From Escherichia coli (lineage in GTDB: Bacteria > Pseudomonadota > Gammaproteobacteria > Enterobacterales > Enterobacteriaceae), in assembly GCF_003991155.1 (NCBI RefSeq), contig NZ_CP031293.1: a DNA stretch of 64,000 nt. One strand, 5' to 3'. Every line of letters starts with the position of its first letter. The stretch's first letter is position 1. Below the pieces are notes generated by a model. It was not told the DNA's origin. It did not search any database and was given only the letters and a program-made list of their open reading frames with translations. A program made the position numbers and the translations under genes. Shown piece after piece: positions 34,068 to 44,355 of this stretch.

Positions 34068-34535
34068 TCATCGAAGGCATTGCGTCCTGATGTATTCCTG
34101 AAGCGTTCTCAGTGCTGTTTGGTCGCGGATAATTCCGTCCCGGATACCGAGAACGTTTCGTCCAGCAACTGGAGAGAGTTCGACGGTGGCATCATTGCCC
34201 ATGCCGGAGGCGCTGGAGGTTTCGGCTGAGGATGGCACAGGGCATTTTCCTTTGACGAGCACCCTGCCACCATTATCAAGCTTGCGCCGAAGAGCATCAT
34301 TTTCAGCTTTCGCATCAGCTAACTCCTTCGTGTATTTAGCATCAAGTGCATCAGCAGTACGCTGGCGCTGCTGCATGTCAGTAATGGTGGCAGTCGCCTG
34401 CTTCAGCTCACTGACTTTTTTATCACGCTGTTCTTTGTAGGCGATGGCGTTATCACGGTAATGATTAACAGCCCATGACAGGCAAACGATGATGCAGATA
34501 ACCAGAGCGGAGATAATCGCGGTTACTTTGCTCAT
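34068..34535 (-). CDS. Rz: i-spanin Rz
   Basis: 155 aa, N-terminal TM and coiled coil; follows endolysin. Confidence 0.8.
   Translation of the reverse strand: MSKVTAIISALVICIIVCLSWAVNHYRDNAIAYKEQRDKKVSELKQATATITDMQQRQRTADALDAKYTKELADAKAENDALRRKLDNGGRVLVKGKCPVPSSAETSSASGMGNDATVELSPVAGRNVLGIRDGIIRDQTALRTLQEYIRTQCLR
34109..34315 (-). CDS. Rz1: o-spanin Rz1, embedded in Rz in alternate frame
   Basis: 68 aa, lipobox MVAGC and Pro-rich [11 protein letters not shown]. Confidence 0.6.
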   Translation of the reverse strand: MRKLKMMLFGASLIMVAGCSSKENALCHPQPKPPAPPAWAMMPPSNSLQLLDETFSVSGTELSATKQH

Positions 34536-35008
34536 ACCTCAATCTCTCTGACCGTTCCGCCTGCTTCTTTGAATTTTGCAATCAGGCTGTCAGCCTTATG
34601 CTCGAACTGACCATAGCCAGCGCCCGGCAGTGAAGCCCAGATATTGCTGCAACGGTCAATTGCCTGACGAATATCACCGCGATCAATCATCGGTAAAGCG
34701 CCACGTTCTTTAATCTGTTGCAATGCCACAGCGTCCTGGCTTTTCGGAGAGAAGTCTTTCAGGCCAAGCTGCTTACGATAGGCATCCCACCAACGGGAAA
34801 GAAGCTGGTAACGTCCGGCTGCTGTTGATTTGAGTTTTGGGTTTAGCGTGACAAGTTTGCGAGGGTGATCGGAGTAATCAGTAAATAGCTCTCCGCCAAC
34901 AATGACGTCATAACCATGATTCCTGGTTTTCTGTCGTCCGTTATCAGTTCCCTCTGACCACGCCAGCATATCGAGGAACGCCTTACGTTGATTATTGATT
35001 TCCACCAT
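34532..35008 (-). CDS. R: Endolysin (lambda R-like lytic transglycosylase)
   Basis: 158 aa, [24 protein letters not shown]. Confidence 0.95.
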   Translation of the reverse strand: MVEINNQRKAFLDMLAWSEGTDNGRQKTRNHGYDVIVGGELFTDYSDHPRKLVTLNPKLKSTAAGRYQLLSRWWDAYRKQLGLKDFSPKSQDAVALQQIKERGALPMIDRGDIRQAIDRCSNIWASLPGAGYGQFEHKADSLIAKFKEAGGTVREIEV

Positions 35009-35315
35009 CTTCTACTCCGGCTTTTTTAGCAGCGAAGCGTTTGATAAGCGAACCAATCGAGTCAGTACCGATGTAGCCGATGAACACGCTCGTTATATAA
35101 GCGAGATTGCTACTTAGTCCGGCGAAGTCGAGAAGGTCACGAATGAACCAGGCGATAATGGCGCACATCGTTGCGTCGATTACTGTTTTTGTAAACGCAC
35201 CGCCATTATATCTGCCGCGAAGGTACGCCATTGCAAACGCAAGGATTGCCCCGATGCCTTGTTCCTTTGCCGCGAGAATGGCAGCTAACAGGTCATGTTT
35301 TTCTGGCATCTTCAT
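34992..35315 (-). CDS. S: Holin/antiholin (lambda S-like, dual start Met1/Met3)
   Basis: 107 aa, [20 protein letters not shown]. Confidence 0.95.
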   Translation of the reverse strand: MKMPEKHDLLAAILAAKEQGIGAILAFAMAYLRGRYNGGAFTKTVIDATMCAIIAWFIRDLLDFAGLSSNLAYITSVFIGYIGTDSIGSLIKRFAAKKAGVEDGGNQ

Positions 35316-35605
35316 GTCTTACCCCCAATAAGGGGATTTGCTCTATTTAATTAGGAATAAGGTCGATTTCTGATAGAACAAATCCAGGCTACTGTGTTTA
35401 GTAATCAGATTTGTTCGTGACCGATATGCACGGGCAAAACGGCAGGAGGTTGTTAGCGCAGCCTCTTGCCACCCGCTTTCACGAAGCCAGCCATTGCGCT
35501 GGTTTTCTTTTATGCAAAGCACACCGCACCGTAGCCACAGCGGATAAGGTGATTATTTTGGTCTGTCTGGTATTTGGTTTGATGCGCTTTCAGAAAGGTC
35601 GTGCT

Positions 35606-35645
35606 TAAAACGCAAAAAGCCCCGAGCTATTAACTCAGGGCTTTA
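35606..35645 (-). terminator. Intrinsic terminator just downstream of late promoter (tR'-like)
   Basis: Minus-strand hairpin GCCCTGAGTTAATAGCTCGGGGC followed by TTTTTGCGTTTT. Confidence 0.45.
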
Positions 35646-35664
35646 TTTAACGAGTGCATTTATC

Positions 35665-35710
35665 CATCGTTGAGTCAAATTTACCCAACTTTATTCAAAA
35701 AGTCAATATT
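35665..35710 (-). promoter_or_regulatory. Late promoter pR' with qut-like region
   Basis: Minus strand TTGACT-N17-TAAATT followed by TTGACTCAACGATGG, closely resembling lambda pR' as remembered. Confidence 0.6.
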
Positions 35711-35748
35711 ATGCCGTTAATATGTTGCCATCCGTGGCAATCATGCTG

Positions 35749-36372
35749 CTAACGTGTGACCGCATTCAAGATATTGTCTGCGATTGACTCTTCCTTGTGG
35801 CATTGCACCACCAGAGCGTCATACAGCGGCTTAACAGTGCGTGACCAGGTGGGTTGAGTAAGGTTTGGGATTAGCATCGTTACAGCGCGATATGCGGCGC
35901 TTGCTGGCATTCTTGAATAGCCGACACCTTTGCATCTTCCGCATTCTTTCTCAACAACTCTCCCCCACAACTCTGTTTTGGCAATATCAACCGCACGGCC
36001 TGTACCGTGGCAATCTCTGCATCTTGCGCCCGGCGTCGCGGCACTACGGCAATAATCCGCATAAGCGAATGTTGCGAGCACTTGCAGTACCTTTGCCTTA
36101 GTATTTCCTTCGAGCTTTGCCACACCACGGTATTTCCCCGATACCTTGTGTGCAAATTGCATCAGATAGTTGATAGCCTTTTGTTTGTCGTTCTGGCTGA
36201 GTTCGTGCTTACCGCAGAATGCAGCCATACCGAATCCGGCTTGTGATTGCGCCATCCCCATAGCAGCCATCACATCAGTACCGGAAAGGGAGTCAGAAGC
36301 CGTGGCCCGTGGTGAGTCGCTCATCATCGGGCTTTTTGGCGAATGAAATTTAGCTACGCTTTCGAGTCTCAT
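35749..36372 (-). CDS. Q: Late antiterminator Q (lambda-like)
   Basis: 207 aa, [21 protein letters not shown]; Cys-rich zinc region. Confidence 0.95.
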   Translation of the reverse strand: MRLESVAKFHSPKSPMMSDSPRATASDSLSGTDVMAAMGMAQSQAGFGMAAFCGKHELSQNDKQKAINYLMQFAHKVSGKYRGVAKLEGNTKAKVLQVLATFAYADYCRSAATPGARCRDCHGTGRAVDIAKTELWGRVVEKECGRCKGVGYSRMPASAAYRAVTMLIPNLTQPTWSRTVKPLYDALVVQCHKEESIADNILNAVTR

Positions 36373-37034
36373 GCGCCTTCTCCCTGTACCTTAATCAATG
36401 TGAGGTTTCCGCAGAACACTGCTCCGGTATCGATATACATTTGGTTGGCAAACTTGAGTGGTTTCACTGCTGGCGTATGACCAAAGATGAACGTGTCCGC
36501 TCCCTTGATTTCTTTTACGATCCCGTCTTGTGAGTTGCTGATTCGTTCGCGGTTCCAGATTACCTGCTGATGAACAACTGGCTTTCCAAACTCGTATTCG
36601 TCACAAGGATAATCGGCGTGGCAGATAACATATTTTTTACCTTTGCTCACCAGTTCAATGATTAACGAAAGTTCATCTGCTTTATGGGCAAGAGCTTTAG
36701 CCAGAATTTCTTTGTCGTAATCGAGATTAAAGAACCAGCCACCGCCATTAAACAGCCAGTGATTGACGTTTCCACGCTCTGATAAGCCATCAATCATCAT
36801 TTGCTCATGGTTTCCACGTACAGCTCTGAACCAGGGGAATGTGATTAATTCCAGGCATTCGACGTTCTCTGTACCGCGATCGACCAAATCGCCAACCGAG
36901 ATAAGCAGGTCTTTTTTGATGTCGAATCCTATCGTCTCCAGTTTTTTCATCAGGTTCGTGTAGCATCCGTGCAGATCGCCAACTACCCAAATATTCCGGT
37001 ATTTGCTGCCATCAATTCTTTCGTAATAGCGCAT
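36369..37034 (-). CDS. ninI: Ser/Thr protein phosphatase (lambda NinI-like)
   Basis: 221 aa from MRYYERIDG; GDLHG and GNHE motifs. Confidence 0.9.
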   Translation of the reverse strand: MRYYERIDGSKYRNIWVVGDLHGCYTNLMKKLETIGFDIKKDLLISVGDLVDRGTENVECLELITFPWFRAVRGNHEQMMIDGLSERGNVNHWLFNGGGWFFNLDYDKEILAKALAHKADELSLIIELVSKGKKYVICHADYPCDEYEFGKPVVHQQVIWNRERISNSQDGIVKEIKGADTFIFGHTPAVKPLKFANQMYIDTGAVFCGNLTLIKVQGEGA

Positions 37035-37218
37035 CTCTTTCACTCCATCCGCGATGAACCATGAGAACGTCGTTGACGATGGCGTGCATTTTCCCGTCTT
37101 TATCATCAACGTATTTTCTTACCGTGCCGCGACTACATTTCAGTCTGCGTGCCACTTCTGTCTGGTTTCCGTATGCTTCAACGAGCATGTCTGGAATGGT
37201 TTTTACTGAGAACGTCAT
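37012..37218 (-). CDS. ninH: NinH-like small DNA-binding protein
   Basis: 68 aa, matches lambda NinH pattern. Confidence 0.8.
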   Translation of the reverse strand: MTFSVKTIPDMLVEAYGNQTEVARRLKCSRGTVRKYVDDKDGKMHAIVNDVLMVHRGWSERDALLRKN

Positions 37219-37826
37219 GCGGCCTCACTTCTGCTATTTCGCAGGTCTTTGAGTTTCTGTTGGTACTCTGCCTTGATCGCCTTGCACTCTTCGACAGTCC
37301 AGCGATGGCGGTTATGGTTTGATTCGATTTCGTCTACTGCTTCCTGCCCGATGCGATTAATCAGTTCGACGCGATACGGAACGAGATTTCCGCTTTTGTG
37401 CTGGTTGCACACCACGCATTGCTTGTGAATATTGCGTTCATCAAATCGGAGTTGAGGTGCCGCAGCAGTTGTCCGGTAATGTCCGGCATCCCACTGAGCA
37501 GACGTGAGCGTTCCGCACGAGATACATGGTAAGTCGCGGTCTCTTTCTCTGATGAAGGCGTTTACGGCTTGTTGGGCTTGTTTAATCCAGTAACTGCGGG
37601 GCTTTAAGGCGAGTTTTCGAATCTTCAGTTTATCTTTCTGTTTCTGCTCCTCTCGTCGTCGTTTCTTCTCTGCTGCTTTTTCCGCTTTTTCGCGTTCTTT
37701 ACTTCGTCGTTCGAGTGCTATCTTGGTTCCACACTCTGGAGAGCACCACCACTGATTAGCGAATGCAGGGTGAAACCATTCCCGACATTCATCGTTTTTA
37801 CATCGTCTTCGCGCTGGTTTAGCCAT
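37215..37826 (-). CDS. ninG: NinG/Rap-like recombination endonuclease
   Basis: 203 aa, Cys-rich N-terminus. Confidence 0.9.
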   Translation of the reverse strand: MAKPARRRCKNDECREWFHPAFANQWWCSPECGTKIALERRSKEREKAEKAAEKKRRREEQKQKDKLKIRKLALKPRSYWIKQAQQAVNAFIRERDRDLPCISCGTLTSAQWDAGHYRTTAAAPQLRFDERNIHKQCVVCNQHKSGNLVPYRVELINRIGQEAVDEIESNHNRHRWTVEECKAIKAEYQQKLKDLRNSRSEAA

Positions 37827-37995
37827 CGTCTTCTTCCTCGTACATTGAGCTATTCGGATCGCTCATCAGTTCTGCGCAGCAGTGCTCACACACGTGAACT
37901 TCCAGCACATGCAGCTTCTGACCGCAGTTAGCGCACGTTAAAGCTCGCTCGACGCTTTCTTTCTGGTATTGAAGAGATTGGGATGGACTAAGCAT
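37819..37995 (-). CDS. ninF: NinF-like small protein
   Basis: 58 aa ([27 protein letters not shown]), not in ORF track because <60 aa; overlaps ninG start. Confidence 0.65.
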   Translation of the reverse strand: MLSPSQSLQYQKESVERALTCANCGQKLHVLEVHVCEHCCAELMSDPNSSMYEEEDDG

Positions 37996-38360
37996 TATTG
38001 GATTCTCTGCATCATGAGAAAGACAATCATGGCGGCGCGAAGGGGATTTTCATGTATAGCTCGCTTAGATTTACAGTAGGCCACACCGCGTGCACCCCAC
38101 TCGTCTTCATCGAGATTGATAATGCTAATCCTGTATTTTTCAATAATCGGCCATGAGTCTGCTGGGTTTGCGCATGGGTTAAAGGATCCGCGCTCAACTT
38201 CTACTTCAACTGCGTCTCCGTTTACAATGTCTCCCTCAAATGAGACAAACACCATATCGCCATTCTCACCTTCTTTGTAATCCGGTGATCCGTTATGAAT
38301 GGCTTCGAATACCGCCACGTTAATTTCAAAATCACTTAACTGTGAATAATCCATTGTCAT
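37995..38360 (-). CDS. Nin-region protein (NinX/DUF2591-like)
   Basis: 121 aa from ATG in ATGA overlap with ninE stop. Confidence 0.45.
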   Translation of the reverse strand: MTMDYSQLSDFEINVAVFEAIHNGSPDYKEGENGDMVFVSFEGDIVNGDAVEVEVERGSFNPCANPADSWPIIEKYRISIINLDEDEWGARGVAYCKSKRAIHENPLRAAMIVFLMMQRIQ

Positions 38361-38533
38361 TTCCTCGCACGATGTCTTAGCCACCGGATATCCCACAGGT
38401 GAGCCGTGTAGTTGAAGGTTTTTACGTCAGATTCTTTTGGGATTGGCTTGCGTTTATTTCTGGAGCGTTTCGTTGGAAGGTATTTGCAGTTTTCGCAGAT
38501 GATGTCGGTGATGCTTCGTCGCTGTCGTCTCAT
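38357..38533 (-). CDS. ninE: NinE-like protein
   Basis: 58 aa from [20 protein letters not shown]; ATGA overlap with upstream gene. Confidence 0.8.
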   Translation of the reverse strand: MRRQRRSITDIICENCKYLPTKRSRNKRKPIPKESDVKTFNYTAHLWDIRWLRHRARK

Positions 38534-39057
38534 GCCGCCCTCCTGACGCCCTGCCCGATCGCCATCAATGCCGCTTTGGATACGGTAGTAAACATCCGTC
38601 GAGGATTGATGAACGGTCGCCAAATCAGCAGCATGGAACCTTTGCTGTTTCCCTTCTTCTCCAGCCCTGTCGATGGTTCGATAAAATTAATCCGTCCATC
38701 AGTGATGATGCGAACTTCGTCAATACTCTCCAGAGCCTTGCTGAACCATCCGACAGACATATCCTCTGGCACAAGCATCACTACCGTCTGTCGCTGTTGT
38801 ATGCACTGCTCAGCGGCTTTTTCCACCCACGGCCTGATATTGCTGTACGGTGGGTTATTCCAGATTGCACCGTGGCTTACCCACTCAGAATTGAGCGCGT
38901 CGTCGGCCTCAGTTAGCCAGTGAGCACACAGAGCATTTTTGTCGCTCGCTGCCGAATCCAGCCAGAATCCAAACTCAATATCCAGTGCATCAAAAAGCCA
39001 AAGCGGCGTTTGCCAGCAGTCCTTGTCGTGTGCTGGCGTATTTGATTTGATAGTCAT
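38530..39057 (-). CDS. Orphan DNA N6-adenine methyltransferase (phage Dam-like)
   Basis: 175 aa from MTIKSN; NPPY motif (AIWNNPPYS); no adjacent restriction endonuclease. Confidence 0.7.
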   Translation of the reverse strand: MTIKSNTPAHDKDCWQTPLWLFDALDIEFGFWLDSAASDKNALCAHWLTEADDALNSEWVSHGAIWNNPPYSNIRPWVEKAAEQCIQQRQTVVMLVPEDMSVGWFSKALESIDEVRIITDGRINFIEPSTGLEKKGNSKGSMLLIWRPFINPRRMFTTVSKAALMAIGQGVRRAA

Positions 39058-39497
39058 GCAGCCCGATCTCCCCATCTCGCTTTCCACTCCAGAGCCAGTC
39101 TCGCTTCGTCTGACCACTTAACGCCACGCTCTGTACCGAATGCCTGTATAAGCTCTAATAGCTCCGCAAATTCGCCTACACGCATCCTGCTGGTTGACTG
39201 GCCTATTACCACAAAGCCATTCCCGGCAAGGTTAGGAACAACATCCTGCTGCTTTAATGCTGCGGTAAACACACACTTCCAGCTTTCTGCATCCAGCCAA
39301 CGCCCATGCCATTCAACCTGACGAGAGACGTCACCTAAGCAGGCCCATAGCTTCCTGTTTTGGTCTAAGCTGCGGTTGCGTTCCTGAATGGTTACTACGA
39401 TTGGTTTGGTTGGGTCTGGAAGAATTTTCTGGATAGCTTGAATGGCGTTCTGCTGATGGATGGGGCTTCTTAGTTCAAACGTTAGTTTCCTCACCAT
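39054..39497 (-). CDS. ninB: NinB/Orf-like recombination mediator
   Basis: 147 aa, MVRKLTFELRSPIHQQNAIQ. Confidence 0.85.
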   Translation of the reverse strand: MVRKLTFELRSPIHQQNAIQAIQKILPDPTKPIVVTIQERNRSLDQNRKLWACLGDVSRQVEWHGRWLDAESWKCVFTAALKQQDVVPNLAGNGFVVIGQSTSRMRVGEFAELLELIQAFGTERGVKWSDEARLALEWKARWGDRAA

Positions 39498-39641
39498 TTA
39501 CGCTCCTGTAATCGTCAAGTGCAGCTGCAATAGTCCCTATCGGGTCATGGTCTTGCCCGATAATCTCATTTACGTTTTCATCTTCTTCCACACCGAAAAA
39601 GAATCGCAGGGCTAACATGATTTCTTCGTATGCGCTCATAC

Positions 39642-39956
39642 TCACTCCTTCACTTTGACTCCAGCAGTGCGGATGGCCTCTACATCGCTTTCGTATTGTG
39701 ATTCTGCACCTGAGTCATAGCCAATGTGATAATCACCGGGAAGTGGGCCTTTCTTTGGCTTTTGCAGCTCAATTTCAATAGCTGCTCTCGATGCCTGCCA
39801 CGTTTGCCAGTGGCCTTGAACATCGTCCATCACGTATTGACCACCAATATTACCGCTGCCAATTTCATGGTGATTTTCAGGGTAACGGATAAGGTCTGAA
39901 GATTCGCCCCCACGTCGCAACCAACTTTCTTCAAACTGCTTTCTTGATTCGTCCAT
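39642..39956 (-). CDS. Hypothetical protein
   Basis: 104 aa ORF between helicase gene and ninB; no recognised motif. Confidence 0.4.
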   Translation of the reverse strand: MDESRKQFEESWLRRGGESSDLIRYPENHHEIGSGNIGGQYVMDDVQGHWQTWQASRAAIEIELQKPKKGPLPGDYHIGYDSGAESQYESDVEAIRTAGVKVKE

Positions 39957-39973
39957 TGATACTTACCCTCAGT

Positions 39974-40180
39974 TCAACTCACAAAACGCCACGCCATTTT
40001 TGCTACGACAACAGGCATAACACCGATAATCACCCAGACAAATGCAGCGCCAAACAACGTATACCATGGGTCTTTACCGTCATTCACAAGACGAATGTAG
40101 CTATGCAGAACAATAAAAAACGTCAGAAGAATCCATCCAACGCCAACGCATTTGAATGCGACGAGCATAAACTCAGCCAC
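39974..40180 (-). CDS. Small two-helix membrane protein, unknown function
   Basis: 68 aa, two hydrophobic segments. Confidence 0.35.
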   Translation of the reverse strand: MAEFMLVAFKCVGVGWILLTFFIVLHSYIRLVNDGKDPWYTLFGAAFVWVIIGVMPVVVAKMAWRFVS

Positions 40181-40252
40181 GATTTACCCTCCCCCAAATA
40201 AAAAGGCCTGCGATTACCAGCAGGCCTGTTATTAGCTCAGTGATGTAGATGG

Positions 40253-41629
40253 TCATACGTCCGCCCCTTGTGCATATCGTCTGCCACGCGCAGCAGGCGC
40301 ATTTGATGCTGTGCAAATCTGTCTGGCTTCATCCTGGTCACATGCAACAAAGTGTCCGTTACAGAACCGCTGGTAAACCGTACCAAGTGAGCCAAAACGG
40401 TTTTTCGTCACGATGATTTCAGCAAATGGCGCGGCGCTACTGTTCTCGTCATATACCGCTTCCCGATAGAGCATGATGATTGAGTCTGCGTCCTGCTCAA
40501 TGCTTCCTGAATCACGCAAATCTGCGTTTGTCGGGCGTTTGTTTGGTCGCTTCTCAACATCGCGCGAAAGCTGACTCAGGGAGATAACAGGCGTTTTCAG
40601 GTCTTTCGCCATCGCCTTCAGGCTTCCGGAGATGTGAGCAATTGCGAGGTCGTTGCGGTCTGCTTTCGGCTTCTCAATCAGGCCAAGATAATCCGCCATG
40701 ATTAGAGACAGGTTTGGATTTTCCTGTTTATGCCGTTCTGCGATTGAGCGTATTTCTTCGACCGATAACCGCGAGGCATCGACTACCCATACATCCAAAT
40801 CTGCAAGCTGACTCATGCCGTTAGCAACACGCGCCCAGCCTTCGTCATCCATCGATGCAGGATTTCGCAGTACGCTAACCGACATCCTCCCGGCGTTGGC
40901 AATGCTTCGCTCTGCAATCTGCAATGCGCTCATTTCCATCGAGAAAATCAACACTCCGCGCCGGACGTCAGAACCGGGAATAACGCGGCTTGCAACGCCT
41001 TCAGCAATCTTCAGCGCCAGCTCGGTTTTCCCCATACCAGGACGAGCGGCGATAATCACCAGGTCTTCCGCGTTCATCCCTCCGGTGATGGCGTCAAGTT
41101 CTTCGATTCCGGTCTTCAGGGTATCTGACTCTTCTCCGTTCCTCAGACGCCTGTCAAGCGTGTCAGTGTAGTCAGTGATGATTTCCCCTAACCGTACAGG
41201 TTTAACCTCGTCACGGGGCTTTCTGATGGCTGAAAGACGCTTTACAAGCTCGTCCATCGCCTGACTCGATGTATCGATGGTTCCGCTCTGAATTGGTTCA
41301 CGCATTTCATCCATGATTTCCAGCACCAGACGGCGGTGATAGTTATCCGCGACCATTCCGGCATATCCTTTCAGGTTTGCGGCACTCGGGCAGTTTTTGC
41401 TGGTCATCAGGATTGACGTGAAATGCTCCTCTCCGCACGCCTCGGCAACCATCAGCGCGTCGATTAGGTTTCTGTTTCTCGCCTGCTTGCGGATAACCTC
41501 GAAGGCTTTCCGGTAGAGCGGAATTGAAAACGCTTCCGGCTCCAGTGTTGCCAGAACGTCGCTGGCGGTTGGAGTTAATCCACCAATCAGCAGACCGCCG
41601 ATAACGCTCGCTTCGATATCCTGTCTCAT
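40253..41629 (-). CDS. Replicative DnaB-like helicase (P22 gene 12-like)
   Basis: 458 aa, Walker A GMGKT and DnaB C-terminal motifs. Confidence 0.9.
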   Translation of the reverse strand: MRQDIEASVIGGLLIGGLTPTASDVLATLEPEAFSIPLYRKAFEVIRKQARNRNLIDALMVAEACGEEHFTSILMTSKNCPSAANLKGYAGMVADNYHRRLVLEIMDEMREPIQSGTIDTSSQAMDELVKRLSAIRKPRDEVKPVRLGEIITDYTDTLDRRLRNGEESDTLKTGIEELDAITGGMNAEDLVIIAARPGMGKTELALKIAEGVASRVIPGSDVRRGVLIFSMEMSALQIAERSIANAGRMSVSVLRNPASMDDEGWARVANGMSQLADLDVWVVDASRLSVEEIRSIAERHKQENPNLSLIMADYLGLIEKPKADRNDLAIAHISGSLKAMAKDLKTPVISLSQLSRDVEKRPNKRPTNADLRDSGSIEQDADSIIMLYREAVYDENSSAAPFAEIIVTKNRFGSLGTVYQRFCNGHFVACDQDEARQICTASNAPAARGRRYAQGADV

Positions 41630-42573
41630 GCAATCCCCCTGTCTGCAAACTTCCCTTCCCGTACTCCCGTTAACGAATCTTCCCTCAGCAGGTAATCAAA
41701 ATCTGCCGTCCATCCCGTGTCGTTGTCTCCGAAGTAAAACGGCTTGGCCTGATGCACAAACGCCCTGACATACGCTCTGAAACCGTCCACGTTTGGCGTT
41801 TTCAGTTGCGGGATGATTTTCTTCAGGCGGCGTTTGCGTTTCTCGTTGACCGCAACAGCGTGTGGCAGTCTGTCACCGACTTCGGTGTTGTAAGCGTTCA
41901 GGAAGGATTCGTAGTCGATTCGTTCTGCCTTGCGACGTTCAGGTTTAACCTGCCCATCGCCTCCCCCATTGGGGGGTAGGGGGGTATTATTTATATTCTT
42001 GTTAATACCTTCTTGTTCATGATGTGCGGTTGTTTGTGCGGCTTCATGTGCGCTTTCATGTGCGGCATGTACGCTGAATGCCGCGCCATTACTGGCTTCA
42101 TCATGTGCGGCATCATGTGCGGTTGTTTGTGCGGCTTCATGTGCGGGTGAACTGTCCATTTTTTGAGCATATTCATGGTAATTTGTGATGGTTATCACAC
42201 GACCTTTTTGCTTCTCCCCATCAATGGAGATCATCCCCTCTTTCACAAAAACCTGAAGCATCCGCTCAACCTGATCACGGCTTGCCGGCTTGCCATGCCT
42301 GTCGCATAACTGAAGACCTAAATCAGCTGCTGTCACAACCAGTTGACCGGGTTGCAGATGCCATTCATGACCTTTGAAATTCGCTTTGTATGGCTTTCTG
42401 GCGGCATTCAGGAGAAGGTTTTCCCACAGGGTGCGAAGATAAACATCTTTCGCCCATGACTGTTTCAGAATGCTCCGGTACAACGGAATGTAACCAGTTT
42501 TCTGGTTCTCCATCCTGTTGCTCCTGCGCTCGTGTGCGGCGCTGAAATCGTAGATTTTTGCTGTATTGCTCAT
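41626..42573 (-). CDS. Replication initiator (P22 gene 18 / O-like) containing ori iterons
   Basis: 315 aa; repeat-encoded His/Ala-rich tract; overlaps helicase start. Confidence 0.8.
   Translation of the reverse strand: MSNTAKIYDFSAAHERRSNRMENQKTGYIPLYRSILKQSWAKDVYLRTLWENLLLNAARKPYKANFKGHEWHLQPGQLVVTAADLGLQLCDRHGKPASRDQVERMLQVFVKEGMISIDGEKQKGRVITITNYHEYAQKMDSSPAHEAAQTTAHDAAHDEASNGAAFSVHAAHESAHEAAQTTAHHEQEGINKNINNTPLPPNGGGDGQVKPERRKAERIDYESFLNAYNTEVGDRLPHAVAVNEKRKRRLKKIIPQLKTPNVDGFRAYVRAFVHQAKPFYFGDNDTGWTADFDYLLREDSLTGVREGKFADRGIA
42018..42150. repeat. Replication-origin iterons inside the initiator gene
   Basis: Repeated (T)CATGTGCGG units; ~30-bp block ATGTGCGGTTGTTTGTGCGGCTTCATGTGCG present twice. 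Confidence 0.6.
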
Positions 42574-42575
42574 AA

Positions 42576-42848
42576 CTACCTGCCTTGACGAAAGACCTTA
42601 AGAACATCGTTAAACTGACTTACGGATATGTCTTCTTTGAGAAGCTTTTCCAGAAATGCGTTTGGAATGAACGTATATCCCTCCTCTTTTGGTAGAGACG
42701 AGAGCAACGCCCTCGCCTCAGCCTTCAGAAGCTCAGTTCTGGCAACTTTCACAAAAGAGATTTGAGTTCTTTCATCAATGGAACGAAGGAAGCGCAAACG
42801 CTTAGCTTCTTTGTGTGTATCAGGTGGATTAAAGCCTTTGTTTCGCAT
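42576..42848 (-). CDS. Hypothetical protein between cII-like gene and initiator
   Basis: 90 aa from internal ATG with GAGGT RBS; long ORF-track N-extension overlaps cII in another frame. Confidence 0.4.
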   Translation of the reverse strand: MRNKGFNPPDTHKEAKRLRFLRSIDERTQISFVKVARTELLKAEARALLSSLPKEEGYTFIPNAFLEKLLKEDISVSQFNDVLKVFRQGR

Positions 42849-42870
42849 ATAATTACCTCGCTGGATGTTG

Positions 42871-43164
42871 TTAAAATTCCATTTGTATTTGATCAGAACG
42901 CTCGGTTGCCGCCGGGCGTTTTTTATTGGTGAGAATCGAAGCAACTTGTCGTGCCAATCGAGCCATATCGTCGTCAACGACGCCCCATTCAAGAACAGCA
43001 AGCAGCATTGAGAACTTTGGAATCCAGTCCCTCTTCCACCTGCTGATCTGCGACTTATCAACTCCCACAGCTTCCGCTGTCTTCTCAGTTCCAAGCATTG
43101 CGATTTTGTTAAGCAACGCACTCTCGATTCGTAGAGCCTCGTTGCGTTTGTTTGCACGAACCAT
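42871..43164 (-). CDS. cII: CII-like lysogeny establishment regulator
   Basis: 97 aa from MVRANKRNEALRIESALLNKIAMLG, lambda CII-like. Confidence 0.9.
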   Translation of the reverse strand: MVRANKRNEALRIESALLNKIAMLGTEKTAEAVGVDKSQISRWKRDWIPKFSMLLAVLEWGVVDDDMARLARQVASILTNKKRPAATERSDQIQMEF

Positions 43165-43221
43165 ATGTAAGTATTTCCTTAACAAATAAGAAGTTATGCG
43201 CATCAACTTATGCGCGTTGTA

Positions 43222-43266
43222 TTCCCGCATTTCGGCGGGAATGAGGACCATGACTGTTAAAGAGCA
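43222..43266 (-). promoter_or_regulatory. nutR (boxA + boxB hairpin)
   Basis: Minus strand TGCTCTTTAACA then hairpin TCCCGCCGAAATGCGGGA; same elements downstream of PL. Confidence 0.55.
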
Positions 43267-43272
43267 ATTTGC

Positions 43273-43458
43273 TTATGCCGCTTTGCGGTAAGCGCTTTCT
43301 TGATACTTCAGGGCGCCAGCTGTAACGACTTCCAGTCGATAGGCGTCTTTCTCTGGGATGACTTCCTTCCACTGAGAGACTGCTGCGTCGCTAATGCCTA
43401 ACGCTTTAGCTACAGCACGCTGGGTTCCGAAGTGGTCGATAACATCTTTCTTGTACAT
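43273..43458 (-). CDS. cro: Cro (P22-type)
   Basis: 61 aa, MYKKDVIDHFGTQRAVAKALGISDAAVSQW. Confidence 0.9.
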   Translation of the reverse strand: MYKKDVIDHFGTQRAVAKALGISDAAVSQWKEVIPEKDAYRLEVVTAGALKYQESAYRKAA

Positions 43459-43472
43459 AGACTCGCTCCGAA

Positions 43473-43538
43473 ATTAAAGAACACTTAAATTATCCACTAA
43501 AGGAATCTTAAGTCAAGTTTATTTAAGATGTCTTAACT
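43473..43538. promoter_or_regulatory. OR operator cluster with PR/PRM (three 18-bp P22-type operators)
   Basis: ATTAAAGAACACTTAAAT, ACTAAAGGAATCTTAAGT, ATTTAAGATGTCTTAACT between divergent cro and c2. Confidence 0.7.
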
Positions 43539-44189
43539 ATGAAAACTCAATTGATGGGAGAGCGCATTCGCGCTCGGAGAAAAGAACTCAAGATCAGGCA
43601 GGCCGCACTTGGAAAGATGGTCGGCGTGTCTAATGTTGCCATATCTCAGTGGGAACGCTCTGAGACAGAGCCAAATGGAGAGAATCTTCTCGCCCTGGCT
43701 AATGCGTTGAAGTGTTCCCCTGACTATCTGATGAAAGGAGAGGAAAGTCTTTCAAACATTGCCTATCACAGTAGGCATGATCCAAGAGGGTCATACCCTC
43801 TGATTAGCTGGGTGAGCGCAGGATGCTGGATGGAAGCTGTAGAACCATATCATAAGCGTGCAATAGATAACTGGTACGATACAACCGTAGACTGTTCAGA
43901 AGATTCGTTTTGGTTGGATGTGAAGGGAGACTCAATGACGGCTCCGGCCGGTCTCAGTATCCCTGAAGGAATGATAATACTCGTCGATCCTGAAGTAGAG
44001 CCGCGTAACGGGAAACTGGTAGTTGCAAAGCTCGAAGGAGAAAACGAGGCAACTTTCAAGAAGTTAGTTATTGATGCAGGCAGGAAGTTTCTAAAACCAC
44101 TTAACCCACAATATCCGATGATCGAGATCAACGGAAACTGCAAAATCATCGGCGTAGTTGTCGATGCAAAACTAGCAAACCTTCCATAA
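43539..44189 (+). CDS. c2: C2 repressor (P22-type, LexA-like autocleaving)
   Basis: 216 aa, HTH N-domain and S24 peptidase C-domain. Confidence 0.95.
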   Translation: MKTQLMGERIRARRKELKIRQAALGKMVGVSNVAISQWERSETEPNGENLLALANALKCSPDYLMKGEESLSNIAYHSRHDPRGSYPLISWVSAGCWMEAVEPYHKRAIDNWYDTTVDCSEDSFWLDVKGDSMTAPAGLSIPEGMIILVDPEVEPRNGKLVVAKLEGENEATFKKLVIDAGRKFLKPLNPQYPMIEINGNCKIIGVVVDAKLANLP

Positions 44190-44214
44190 GGGGGCATTCG
44201 CCCCTTTTTTTTAT
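44190..44214 (+). terminator. Intrinsic terminator after c2
   Basis: GGGGCATTCGCCCC followed by TTTTTTTT. Confidence 0.55.
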
Positions 44215-44254
44215 TTCCTTTAAAAATCAAAGCCAAACTTAAGTTACGAAAGAA

Positions 44255-44310
44255 AATTTAAGTTTTCTTCAAAAATACTCTTGACCATTAATTAAAGAGA
44301 TCTTAAATTT
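44255..44310 (+). promoter_or_regulatory. OL operators and PL promoter
   Basis: Operator-like palindrome ATTAAAGAGATCTTAAAT and TTTAAG-containing site; TTGACC -35 at 44281. Confidence 0.5.
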
Positions 44311-44355
44311 AAGCCATCAGCAGGACGCTGGAAGCCAAACGGAACAGATTGGCAG

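Noticed and set aside
36369-37109. N-terminal 25-aa extension of the ninI ORF (and similar extensions on yeeX, hisG, hisD, pduU, yeeY, plaP, cII, gp4)
   Set aside because: Internal ATGs with proper RBS and overlap geometry give the expected protein lengths; the ORF-track extensions are just the longest upstream in-frame start.
41991-42176. 61-aa ORF encoding a His/Met/Pro/Lys repeat peptide, and possible CRISPR-like repeats
   Set aside because: The periodicity comes from the ori iterons inside the initiator gene; repeats are short, contiguous and in coding sequence, not a repeat-spacer array, and there are no cas genes.
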